This document shows, in pieces, positions 12,249 through 21,142 of a DNA stretch of 64,000 nt; within the stretch, counting starts at the first letter, position 1; every line of letters starts with the position of its first letter. The notes under the pieces are model-generated. The model made no database searches. It saw nothing but the letters and a program-made list of their open reading frames with translations, and had not been told where the DNA came from. Source of the DNA: a virus (lineage: Duplodnaviria > Heunggongvirae > Uroviricota > Caudoviricetes); IMG/VR virus record IMGVR_UViG_2713896908_000007; one strand, given 5' to 3'. A program made the translations under genes and the position numbers.

Positions 12249-13114
12249 TTAAGTTAATTCTTTCAGCGCCAGTACATGAAATGGCTGAAGCATTTAAGCG
12301 GGTATTCGCAAATGCAGATAATGTGGATGTTGTAGAAAAAACATTTGAAGCAATCCCGGAATTTGACTGCATGGTCAGTGCGGCAAACAGTTTCGGGCTA
12401 ATGGATGGCGGCGTTGACGCTGCCATTACTGCATTCTTTGGTACTCAGTTACAGACACGTGTTCAGAATCATATTCTTCGTGAATATCTTGGTGAGCAGC
12501 CTGTAGGCACTGCATTTGTTATTGAAACGGGGGATAACAACCATCCCTGGCTGGTACATGCGCCAACAATGCGCGTTCCGCTGACCATTGACGGAACAGA
12601 CGCTGTATATAACGCCACGTGGGCTGCTTTACTTGCCATCTTTCAGCACAATAAAAATGCAACGACAGACAGGAAAATAAAGACGGTGGTATTCCCTGCA
12701 ATGGGGGCCGGATGTGGTCAGGTGCCGTTTGAAAGTGTTGCCCGGCAGATGAAGCAGGCATGGGATAACTTTAATAAAAAAACAGAAGCAATTAACTGGG
12801 AATACGCACACTCCCGCCAGTTGGCAGTATTTAATACATGCGCGTACTGCCCGGGTACTCCTGTTTGTCGTTATGCGGATATTAAATATATTGGACTTGG
12901 CGATTACCGGACGTATTGCTTACGGTCGGGGCAGGTATGCATTAATCCTGAACATCAGGTTGATGACGTGCTGACTAATAATCGTTCTCGCCCGGGGGCG
13001 CATATGCATCAGATTAATCCGGTAAAATCCGTAGGTAATATTGCCATTGGCGCACACAGCCACGGAAGGAATATCACCATTGGTGCTCATTCCCATACCC
13101 CACATAAACAATAA
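12245..13114 (+). CDS. macro-domain protein with tail-fibre-like Cys-rich and IGAHxH C-terminus
   Basis: 289-aa ORF, ATGA overlap with fibre gene stop; macro signatures [40 protein letters not shown]-terminal GAHMHQ…IGAHSHG…IGAHSHTPH. Confidence 0.7.
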
Positions 13115-13138
13115 TTCTTTCTCTGATTAGAGGTGAAA

Positions 13139-13717
13139 ATGACTTTCAGAATGAGTGCTGAAGCACAAACCATTCGCGTATTTAATTATCTCGATGGTAC
13201 AAATGAATTTATTGGAGAAAGTGATGCCTATATTCCACCACATACAGGGCTTCCGGCAAACAGCACAGATATTGCTCCTCCTAAGATTCCAGCTGGTTTT
13301 GCCGCTATATTCGACACAACCCGAAACTTATGGAATTTAATAGAGGACCATAGAGGAAAAACTGTTTATCACACTGAAACAGGTGACGCTAAAACTATAT
13401 TTAAATTAGGCGCTTTGCCTGAGGATGTTACGTGCATTCCTCCTGATGATGAGTATCAGAAGTGGAATGGAAATCAATGGGTTACAGACGATGAGGCGAA
13501 GCATCAAGCTCAGATAACCTATGCAAACTCAAAGAAAAATGAGTTGTTAAAGCACGCAAGCGTAGAGATAGCGATCTTACAAGATGCTGTTGATTTATGT
13601 ATTGCAACAGATGAAGAGAAAGTTTTATTAAATGAATGGAAAAAATACAGAGTGCTTGTAAATAGGTTAAATGAAGATGACATCATTCAAATGAAAGTCC
13701 CTGAAATACCAGTTTGA
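13139..13717 (+). CDS. tfa: tail fibre assembly protein (lambda Tfa / P1 U family)
   Basis: MTFRMSAEAQTIRVFNYLDGTNEFIGESDAYIPPHTGLPANSTDIAPP… closely parallels lambda Tfa; ATG 13139 preferred over track GTG 13133. Confidence 0.9.
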   Translation: MTFRMSAEAQTIRVFNYLDGTNEFIGESDAYIPPHTGLPANSTDIAPPKIPAGFAAIFDTTRNLWNLIEDHRGKTVYHTETGDAKTIFKLGALPEDVTCIPPDDEYQKWNGNQWVTDDEAKHQAQITYANSKKNELLKHASVEIAILQDAVDLCIATDEEKVLLNEWKKYRVLVNRLNEDDIIQMKVPEIPV

Positions 13718-13733
13718 TTTATATATTAATAAG

Positions 13734-13770
13734 CCACTGTTGACAGGACTGTTTTACAGTGGTTTGTTTT
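13734..13770 (+). terminator. rho-independent terminator of tail-fibre operon
   Basis: Stem ccactgt/acagtgg followed by tttgtttt. Confidence 0.6.
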
Positions 13771-13771
13771 A

Positions 13772-14920
13772 TTATCCAAACCAATTTTCTAGAACATTTT
13801 CAAATTTATGGGTAACTTGCCACCATAAATAGTTCTCTAATACATATTTCTTTCCGTTATTTGCAATTTGTTCTAATTTTTCGGAGTGTAATGTTTCATA
13901 TATATCACTAGCTAAACTTTCTGGCAACATTGGTTCATTTATATGAAATCCTGTATGGTTATTTTTTACAAATTCAACCATTCCACCTCGAGTGCTAACT
14001 AAAACGGGTTTTCCTGCCCCCATAGCTTCTATAGCAACCATGCAGAACGGTTCTTGAAACTGAGATGGGATTACAACTAGATCGGCTATAGGATAGTAAC
14101 GGTACATATCATCTGGTTTTACCCCGCCAACAAGATGACAACGCGAACCAATAGTTCCAGCAAGTTCCCTTACTTGTTTTTGATATGCAGCTTTTTCTCC
14201 TTTATCTTTATTATTGTAGTCACCAACAACTACAAGTTCTATATTGTCACATGATTTTATCAATTTTTTAAACGCTTGTAATAGTAAAACAGTCCCTTTT
14301 TCAGGGGAGATCCTTCCCGCATAAAAGATAACTTTTTTCTCAGAGGGAATGCCTAAATCTTGTTTTGTTAGCGGGGGTAGCCCTTTATCTAGATTGTGTG
14401 GTTCTGTACCATTAGGAACTATACAAATTTCAGCGTCAGGAAGATGTTTTTCATAAAAATCCTTTAAATACTGACTTGGAACAAGCATTTTCACATTGCT
14501 ATCTAGCCCTTTCGGTGTAAAGGCATTATGCATATGCATTATCATTTTTGCGTCAGGAGCTTTCTCTCTAATTTGACGATAAAGTTTCATGCTGTTATGA
14601 ACAATAATAATGCTATCGTTTGTGATATTGAAATCTTTAGCAATGTTTAACACTCGTTGTGAATATGGAATAGGATCTATTCTGCTCCATTTTTGAAATA
14701 TCCGTTTATAAAGACGGCTAAACCCTATTCTATGGATAGAGCATCGCTCATTAACAATATCTTTTTCTGAGAAACCATCCTCTCGAATGCATGCTATACG
14801 ATTTGGTATTCTTGTTCTCTTTGCGACTTGATATATCCAAGTTTCAACAGCTGCTGCGCCACGAGGTGGTATTGAAAATATTGGTGTAACTGTAAATATT
14901 AATTTGTCAATCATGAGCAA
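13772..14920 (-). CDS. GT4-family (GT-B) glycosyltransferase
   Basis: 382-aa ORF; C-terminal EX7E-type motif region …VSTRGGMVEFVKNNHTGFHINEP…; AT-rich codon usage; TTG start overlapping upstream gene. Confidence 0.8.
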   Translation of the reverse strand: MLMIDKLIFTVTPIFSIPPRGAAAVETWIYQVAKRTRIPNRIACIREDGFSEKDIVNERCSIHRIGFSRLYKRIFQKWSRIDPIPYSQRVLNIAKDFNITNDSIIIVHNSMKLYRQIREKAPDAKMIMHMHNAFTPKGLDSNVKMLVPSQYLKDFYEKHLPDAEICIVPNGTEPHNLDKGLPPLTKQDLGIPSEKKVIFYAGRISPEKGTVLLLQAFKKLIKSCDNIELVVVGDYNNKDKGEKAAYQKQVRELAGTIGSRCHLVGGVKPDDMYRYYPIADLVVIPSQFQEPFCMVAIEAMGAGKPVLVSTRGGMVEFVKNNHTGFHINEPMLPESLASDIYETLHSEKLEQIANNGKKYVLENYLWWQVTHKFENVLENWFG

Positions 14921-15458
14921 CTATCCTCTTATAATCTTTTTCCTTTAAATGTTTTTTTGGGGTTGCGGGAGAGCCCGCATACATTGTATTAGCAGGAACA
15001 TCAGTATTTACAACGCTATTTGCAGCTATAACACTATTGTCTCCTATTTTTACACCTGGTAGCACAGTTGTATTTGCCCCAATCCAAACATTACGGCCTA
15101 TTTTTATTGGAGCGCAAATTGTTTCTTTGGGACGTTTGCTTGGTGTTAGTGGATGCGTGACAGTTGTTAATACAACGTTGGGGCCAATGGCAGAGTTACA
15201 TCCAATATCTATTGTTTTTGCATCGAGAAAAACACAATTTGCGTTAATGAAGACCTTTTTATCAATAATTATATTGCCATTCTCAAAATAAAATGGAGCT
15301 GTTATTGTTGAGTCTTCACTTACTTTAACTCCTGTTTTTTTTAATGTGATTAATTTTTTTCTTTTTGAGATCAAGGTATAATTAAATATATGTCTTGCTT
15401 TCTTTGCTTTCTTTTTTTGAAAAATTATATAGAAATAATATGTTAGCAAATCAAACAT
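14907..15458 (-). CDS. hexapeptide-repeat (LbH) sugar O-acetyltransferase (maltose/galactoside acetyltransferase family)
   Basis: …IGCNSAIGPNVVLTTVTHPL…IGRNVWIGANTTVLPGVKIGDNSVIAANSVV… hexapeptide repeats; Lys-rich N-terminus encoded by A7-A8 tracts. Confidence 0.8.
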   Translation of the reverse strand: MFDLLTYYFYIIFQKKKAKKARHIFNYTLISKRKKLITLKKTGVKVSEDSTITAPFYFENGNIIIDKKVFINANCVFLDAKTIDIGCNSAIGPNVVLTTVTHPLTPSKRPKETICAPIKIGRNVWIGANTTVLPGVKIGDNSVIAANSVVNTDVPANTMYAGSPATPKKHLKEKDYKRIVAHD

Positions 15459-15482
15459 TGTTGTTTTACTTCCATTTAAAAT

Positions 15483-15812
15483 TTAACTATCAAATGTGGC
15501 TCCTATTTCTCGCATTTTGTTAAGTATGATGTTTATTTCATTGCTACCGAGAGAAGTTTGGGCAGCTATGAAAAAAAGTATGTGCAATGACATAGATCTG
15601 TTATTTTCTTTGTTTATATATTTTCTCCACTGGCTATCGCTGCTGACCCCGGCTAGTTCTGCCATTTGATTCCCTGTATACCCAAGCGTTTCTTTGAATT
15701 GACGCAAATCTTGTGATTTGGGGGGGGTGTAGTTGTTTATTAACCTCATATTAAACCCATTATTGGTAAGCTTTCGTTGGTGTAATGGTAGCACCAATGG
15801 GGCTGCTGTCAA
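15483..15812 (-). CDS. small helix-turn-helix protein (putative regulator of the downstream acetyltransferase/GT genes)
   Basis: 109-aa ORF with TTG start (possible internal ATG start giving 88 aa); …LRQFKETLGYTGNQMAELAGVSSDSQWRKY… resembles an XRE-type HTH; AT-rich. Confidence 0.45.
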   Translation of the reverse strand: MTAAPLVLPLHQRKLTNNGFNMRLINNYTPPKSQDLRQFKETLGYTGNQMAELAGVSSDSQWRKYINKENNRSMSLHILFFIAAQTSLGSNEINIILNKMREIGATFDS

Positions 15813-15892
15813 GCGTCTTTTCTTTATAAATATAGGGAGCCATCAAAATCTGACATTAATTATCTATCGAAATATTTTGAATGACTGGTGAG

Positions 15893-15911
15893 AAGTTACT
15901 TTGCATACCAT
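15893..15911 (+). promoter_or_regulatory. candidate late promoter (AAGTTACTT-N4-TACCAT) for lydA-darA operon
   Basis: 9-bp inverted repeat plus -10-like hexamer about 30 nt upstream of the GTG start, which has an AGGAGG RBS. Confidence 0.5.
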
Positions 15912-15939
15912 TACCTCCTGACAACGTAGGAGGGAACTT

Positions 15940-16269
15940 GTGCTTGACACACAGGAATTAGCTCCAGTTGCTATTGCGCTCCTGCTTTCAGTAATTGGTG
16001 GGATAGGCACGTTCCTGATGGATGTCCGAGACGGTCGCCAGTCTGGCAATTTGTTGGGATTGGTTACGGAGATCTTTGTTGCAGTGACAGCTGGCGCGGT
16101 GGCGTACCTATTGGGGCAACACGAGGGCTGGGAGTTATCAATTACGTACTTAATGGTAACGATAGCCAGCAATAACGGTCATGAGGTGATTTCAGGGATG
16201 AAACGAGTGAATATCGATAGCATTCTGAATGTTCTTACAAGTTTGGTGAAAAAGGGAGGCGGGAAATGA
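15940..16269 (+). CDS. lydA: holin-like membrane protein (P1 LydA-like)
   Basis: 109-aa ORF, GTG start with AGGAGG RBS; three hydrophobic segments; position at head of the darA-type operon. Confidence 0.55.
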   Translation: MLDTQELAPVAIALLLSVIGGIGTFLMDVRDGRQSGNLLGLVTEIFVAVTAGAVAYLLGQHEGWELSITYLMVTIASNNGHEVISGMKRVNIDSILNVLTSLVKKGGGK

Positions 16270-16709
16270 TTGGCTGGGGTGTATGCGCTCTTGCGGCAGC
16301 CTTAGCTGATCGCTATTTGCTAAAACGCAAGGACATCACGAATTTAGAGCTTGGTGATGTGGAAATTAAACCGGGATTTATCCGGGTGCCGTTCAAATAT
16401 CGGTCTAAATTCCCGTTTTTGCGCGGTGCAACGGTCAGATATTGGCTCCGTGATGTTCAGAAGCCGACGACAGTGATTGAAGGCGAACAACGTTGCCTGA
16501 CGTCGGCTGAACAGGGCGAAAACAGTGAATGGTTGTACATACCCACTGAATATATGGGTAAAGGAGAACGACTGTGGCATTTCAACGTCATGGTTACGCA
16601 CGGCGACTCGTTCATTAACCCGTTGTATCGGATTTTCCCTGTTACTCAGCAAATCCGCAGAAGTTACGTAATAAATCTCGCACAGGATGTGTCAGATGAC
16701 GAAAAATAA
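16266..16709 (+). CDS. hypothetical protein (P1 LydB-like antiholin by position)
   Basis: 147-aa ORF, ATGA-coupled to the holin-like gene. Confidence 0.45.
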   Translation: MIGWGVCALAAALADRYLLKRKDITNLELGDVEIKPGFIRVPFKYRSKFPFLRGATVRYWLRDVQKPTTVIEGEQRCLTSAEQGENSEWLYIPTEYMGKGERLWHFNVMVTHGDSFINPLYRIFPVTQQIRRSYVINLAQDVSDDEK

Positions 16710-17298
16710 GTATGCAACGGTCGATTTTGACCAGGTTAATGAAAAGGGGCTTAAATCCCTTATCACGGCGATCAATAAAACCGGTGTTACGGTAATTGAG
16801 GTTGACTCCAGCAACCGCGCAACTACGAAAGATGGCGTTAAAGTTAAAACCGCAAAGTTGGTTCTTAACGACGGACAAATTCTTGCTATACAGGTAAATG
16901 ATACTGGCGATATATCGTCTGTGAAACTGAATGGAAAAGCTATTCCTAATGCTCAATCGCCAGATATCAAGACGCTTGGTACCGTCATGGGGCAAGCGGC
17001 CCACAAAAACGCTGCAAAATTCCAGAAATCACTGATCGCCAAAGCTAAACGTGTTGCCAATCCGGTAGACAAGAAACCGGCAGTTAAATCCAACTTTCAG
17101 CGCCTGCAAGAGGCAAAACAGCGGAATGCTCAGGTGGTTGCCGCTTATAAATCCGCGCAGAACTCGGTGTCTTTCAATCAACAGCAGATCACTGATTTGC
17201 GGGCGAAGCTGGATAAGGAGACAGGTCGACTCAATAACGAAAAGGCCAGGAATGGCGAACTCAAACGCCGTCTTAAGCAACTGAAAGCAGGAAATTAA
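16687..17298 (+). CDS. coiled-coil protein (P1 Hdf-like by position)
   Basis: 203-aa ORF (alternative ATG at 16696); local similarity to a segment of the downstream DarA-like protein (…KNAAKFQK… vs …KNSAKFQRAQKKKK…). Confidence 0.45.
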   Translation: MCQMTKNKYATVDFDQVNEKGLKSLITAINKTGVTVIEVDSSNRATTKDGVKVKTAKLVLNDGQILAIQVNDTGDISSVKLNGKAIPNAQSPDIKTLGTVMGQAAHKNAAKFQKSLIAKAKRVANPVDKKPAVKSNFQRLQEAKQRNAQVVAAYKSAQNSVSFNQQQITDLRAKLDKETGRLNNEKARNGELKRRLKQLKAGN

Positions 17299-17299
17299 C

Positions 17300-19219
17300 A
17301 TGGAACAGTTCAATATCAATAAAGGGGTGACGATCAAACCTGGGCTTGACGTGCTTCCCCCGCCAGTGACTGATGATGAATATCGCGCATTAATGGCCGG
17401 TGAGGACCGCTATCTGATGACGGAATCCAACACCCTGGAGGAAATCGAGGCTACGTTCTTCTATGACAAGCCGATCCACTGGTGTGCTACGGATTTACTG
17501 GAGGCGATTAGTTCTACTCGTTTGCAGTTACACCGGACCATGCAGGCATTTGTCCGGGCATTGAACCAGAAGCTGAATGGTACCGGAATCTCTGCGGGGA
17601 GTGATAAAACGGGGGATGTGGCCCAGAGCGGCGCGCGCGCGATCGGCGGCGCTGAAATTGGTCGGGCACGTAACGTTAACGGGCTGCCGGTCCTGCCAGC
17701 CATTATTCCGCTCAGTGATGGTCAGACTATCAGCATTTTGTTTCATAGCCCGACAGCGGAAAACCGGATCACCAATAGCGATACGCTGGTTGCTTTCCAG
17801 TTCTTACTGAATAAAAAAGACGTTACTCACACCGTTGCTCCGATGAGTGGACGTGATATGACGCTGGCGCAGGTCACCATGAAACTTGCCAACCTTGCAG
17901 AGAAAAACTCGGCAAAATTCCAGCGTGCGCAGAAGAAGAAAAAAGCCCTGGTTGATGAAATAACCCAACTACAGGCTGACAGTGACCAGAAAGAGGATGC
18001 CATGAGCGACCTCGCGGATCAGGTGGCAGCGGTAGAAGGCCAGAAGGCAGATCTGGAGCAGAAAATTAACGCGGTTGCTTCGGAAGCGGATTCTCTTTAT
18101 CAAGAAAATGAGCGTTTGCAGGCGGAGATTGAGCAGCTCAATCGCACTGGTGGGCGCGATACCATTGCTCCAACGGGGATGACTGGTGGGCACTCTCGCG
18201 CGCTGACGGATCGCCTTGCCAGTATCAAAAATCGTATGCATATGGACGGGGAAGCGACGCTCAGTAATGGTGCATCAATGAAGCAATTCATTGGGGACGG
18301 CAAAGGGTATGTCCAGTTAACCGATCCGGATGGCAGCGTGTACATGATCAAGGCTAAATCCATACAGGGTGTGGACATGGCAGATGCGATCGGCAAGCTG
18401 TTTAAAGCCTATAAAGCGGGTAACGTATCGGAATATCTGGTCCAACCAGAAGAGCCTAAACCGGAAAACGTCGAACCTGAACCAGCGGAAGATACCGGTA
18501 GCTCTTCGCCTGAACCAGAAGTCTCTGTAGGTGCATATCGATATGCCCTGCAAATGCGTCCGGCGGCCCCAGGCGCGATACCTGAAGGTAACAAAGCAAT
18601 TCTGCCGTGCCCTGATGAAGGTGACCCGTATTATGAATATGCGCGCTACGGCATTGTTACTTACGATACCCCGCTTTCTGATCAGCAAATGAGTGAGTAC
18701 GACCTGAAGTTATTGCCTCGCGAGGATTCTTTCGACTTCCTGGCGAAGACACTTACTAATGGTCCGTTTGGCAAATATGCACAAAAAGCTCTGGAGCTGG
18801 CCACCAGCTCACCAGACGAGTTCCGCGTAATGCTGAAAACTCAGTTTCAAAAAACTTTCCCCAATATTGCGTTTCCGGGGGGCGCAGGCACCGAGAAAAT
18901 GGTGCAGAGCATGATCAATGCATTGCAGGCCGAAGTCGGTGAGATTACTCAACCAGAATCGGCCCCGGAACAGCATGATGAAAAGGTTAGCGAAGCAGAT
19001 GCAGAGGCTAATAAAGCCATTGAATATCTCAATAACGTGATGGATATGCAAAGCACTGACATGGCGGAGATCCGCAACGCCAGGGGCAATGTCAGGGAAG
19101 CGATTGCTGCCCTTCAGGCTGCCGGACGTTTTGATGAAAACGAAGAGCTGGTTAACGGCGCAGCTCGCCACCTGGCTGATCTGCTGGTAGCAATCCAGAA
19201 AGCGGGAGGAGCGGCATGA
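17300..19219 (+). CDS. darA: antirestriction/head internal protein (P1 DarA-like)
   Basis: 639-aa ORF in the operon position and size expected for DarA; central coiled-coil; assignment by synteny from memory. Confidence 0.55.
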   Translation: MEQFNINKGVTIKPGLDVLPPPVTDDEYRALMAGEDRYLMTESNTLEEIEATFFYDKPIHWCATDLLEAISSTRLQLHRTMQAFVRALNQKLNGTGISAGSDKTGDVAQSGARAIGGAEIGRARNVNGLPVLPAIIPLSDGQTISILFHSPTAENRITNSDTLVAFQFLLNKKDVTHTVAPMSGRDMTLAQVTMKLANLAEKNSAKFQRAQKKKKALVDEITQLQADSDQKEDAMSDLADQVAAVEGQKADLEQKINAVASEADSLYQENERLQAEIEQLNRTGGRDTIAPTGMTGGHSRALTDRLASIKNRMHMDGEATLSNGASMKQFIGDGKGYVQLTDPDGSVYMIKAKSIQGVDMADAIGKLFKAYKAGNVSEYLVQPEEPKPENVEPEPAEDTGSSSPEPEVSVGAYRYALQMRPAAPGAIPEGNKAILPCPDEGDPYYEYARYGIVTYDTPLSDQQMSEYDLKLLPREDSFDFLAKTLTNGPFGKYAQKALELATSSPDEFRVMLKTQFQKTFPNIAFPGGAGTEKMVQSMINALQAEVGEITQPESAPEQHDEKVSEADAEANKAIEYLNNVMDMQSTDMAEIRNARGNVREAIAALQAAGRFDENEELVNGAARHLADLLVAIQKAGGAA

Positions 19220-19602
19220 CACTATCAGCTATTGAGTTAATGGACCTCAGCGATAAGTTGGATGCTCTGATGTCCAAAGCTGCTACCGCGAGTGGCATGG
19301 AGTTGCTGGATATCAGCGATGAAATTGACCAGATCATGCAACAGATGGGGTACGGCGCGTCCGGCGGCGGTAGTGGCGAGGAAAAACAACCTTCAGTACA
19401 TGATGGTGTGCCAAAACTGGTTGCTGATTTCCTGGCTGATAAATTCGTCGATCAGAGCACCGATGCATTTATCGGCACCTTGCAGGACTTGAGTCAATAT
19501 GTTGGCACATACATCGACCTGGACCAGGTTAAACAGCACACGGCGGCATGGATAGCCGCCAACATTAAAGAGGCTTCAGGTGTTCGCAGCAACTCTACAT
19601 GA
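19216..19602 (+). CDS. hypothetical protein (P1 DdrA-like by position)
   Basis: 128-aa ORF, ATGA-coupled to the DarA-like gene. Confidence 0.45.
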   Translation: MTLSAIELMDLSDKLDALMSKAATASGMELLDISDEIDQIMQQMGYGASGGGSGEEKQPSVHDGVPKLVADFLADKFVDQSTDAFIGTLQDLSQYVGTYIDLDQVKQHTAAWIAANIKEASGVRSNST

Positions 19603-19663
19603 GCTGTAGTTTTCGAAGATTCTCACAAGTTCATTTCGCGTAGGTATTTATTTAACCATTAAA

Positions 19664-19701
19664 GCCGAATGCGGCGGGCACACCACATTCGGCAATTTTT
19701 T
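19664..19701 (+). terminator. rho-independent terminator of lydA-darA operon
   Basis: Stem gccgaatg/cattcggc followed by aatttttt. Confidence 0.6.
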
Positions 19702-19735
19702 GAAAACTATCAATGAATTAAATAATCAGAGGGGC

Positions 19736-20839
19736 TTATTCCCACTCTTGCAGGAAACGCTGACCGTACTGGTCGGCTACCAGCAGTGCAGCATAAACCT
19801 GATCTGGCGTTGCGCCGCCAGGCATGTTGTGGATGGTTTCACCTTCTGCACATGCCGCTTCTGCGACAATCCGCATTTTCGCCGGGATATCTTCTTTAAT
19901 ATCCAGTTGTGCCAGGGTAATTGGCAGGCCGACAGCATGGCACAGCGCAGCTACGGTTTCGATTTCTTCAACTGGTGCGTTTTCCAGAACCAGTTGCGTC
20001 AGCGTACCGAATGCCACTTTCTCACCGTGATAATAGTGATGCGCATCCGGAATGGCCGTCAGGCCATTGTGCACCGCGTGCGCCGCCGCCAGGCCGCCGC
20101 TTTCAAAGCCCACGCCGCTCAAATAGGTGTTAGCTTCAATCACACGTTCCAGCGCCGGAGTCACCACATGCTGTTCAGCGGCAAGCATCGCTTTTTCGCC
20201 TTCTTCCAGCAGGGTGTTGTAGCACAGTTCAGCCAGAGCCAGTGCTGCCTGAGTACATTTACCGCCCGCCATCGTGGTTGCGCCGCTGCGGGAACAGGCA
20301 CGTGCTTCAAACCAGGTTGCCAACGCATCGCCAATACCCGCCGCTAACAGACGTGCAGGTGCGCCAGCAACAATTTTGGTATCCACAATGACGCGTTCCG
20401 GGTTGTTTGGCAGCATCAGATAACGTTCAAACTCACCATCATCGGTGTAGATAACGGAAAGGGCGCTGCAAGGTGCGTCGGTTGAGGCAATGGTTGGGGC
20501 AACTGCAACAGGAACGCCCATAAAGTGTGCCAGTGCTTTGGCTGTATCGAGGGTTTTACCTCCGCCGATTCCCAGAATTGCGCTACACTGAGCATTCTCT
20601 GCAATACCCCGCAGACGATCGATTTCATTTTGCGAACATTCACCGCCGAACGGGGCAATTTCTACCTCTATTCCAGCATCTTTAAAACTTTTCTCAATAT
20701 TAGTTTGAGCAAAACCTAACACAAATTTGTCACCTACCACCAACCAATGTTCTGCCAGCGGTTTCAGGTATTCACCCAGGCGATTAATGACATCTGCGCC
20801 TTGGATGTATTTACCCGGTGATTGAATGATGCGGTCCAT
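19736..20839 (-). CDS. gldA: glycerol dehydrogenase (iron-containing alcohol dehydrogenase family)
   Basis: 367-aa ORF; N-terminus [30 protein letters not shown]… as in enterobacterial Gld[12 protein letters not shown] nucleotide-binding motif; AAAGGAG RBS; host-like GC content. Confidence 0.9.
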   Translation of the reverse strand: MDRIIQSPGKYIQGADVINRLGEYLKPLAEHWLVVGDKFVLGFAQTNIEKSFKDAGIEVEIAPFGGECSQNEIDRLRGIAENAQCSAILGIGGGKTLDTAKALAHFMGVPVAVAPTIASTDAPCSALSVIYTDDGEFERYLMLPNNPERVIVDTKIVAGAPARLLAAGIGDALATWFEARACSRSGATTMAGGKCTQAALALAELCYNTLLEEGEKAMLAAEQHVVTPALERVIEANTYLSGVGFESGGLAAAHAVHNGLTAIPDAHHYYHGEKVAFGTLTQLVLENAPVEEIETVAALCHAVGLPITLAQLDIKEDIPAKMRIVAEAACAEGETIHNMPGGATPDQVYAALLVADQYGQRFLQEWE

Positions 20840-20910
20840 AATTGCTCCTTTAGAGATGAGTTATGCTAAATGTTTTGTTATTCCCGGATGACCTTCTGTA
20901 TATATCTTAA

Positions 20911-20929
20911 GTCAACATTATAAGTTGAC
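20911..20929. promoter_or_regulatory. perfect palindrome GTCAAC-N7-GTTGAC upstream of gldA
   Basis: 6-bp inverted repeat with 7-bp spacer, about 75 bp upstream of gldA start; candidate regulator-binding site. Confidence 0.3.
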
Positions 20930-20989
20930 GCCAATATTCCGTAGAAGAGATGTTACTTCGCGAGCAGTATGACTCCATAGGTTTCTGAG

Positions 20990-21008
20990 ACGTTACTTTG
21001 CATATGAT
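20990..21008 (+). promoter_or_regulatory. candidate late promoter (ACGTTACTT-N4-TATGAT)
   Basis: 9-bp inverted-repeat motif plus -10-like hexamer about 135 nt upstream of the 562-aa ORF; a second weaker copy (ATGTTACTT) at 20950. Confidence 0.45.
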
Positions 21009-21142
21009 ATTGCTGAGGCAAATACATTCAATGCCGCATTTTTGTGAGATTTTAAGCCAATCTACATCACCATTAGGTAAGAGTATCTTTTTTTGGTGGT
21101 GATGGCGCAATGTATCAGTGGACAGCATAAGGTGTAACAGGG

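Noticed and set aside
13718-15940. Searched for cin recombinase and an inverted alternative fibre segment (C segment) downstream of the fibre/Tfa genes
   Set aside because: No serine-recombinase ORF or inverted Sv-prime/U-prime-like coding sequence; the interval is occupied by the HTH/acetyltransferase/GT cassette.
19700-20347. Plus-strand 215-aa ORF inside gldA
   Set aside because: Antisense to a well-supported gldA reading frame; Cys/Arg-rich translation typical of a GC-rich shadow ORF.
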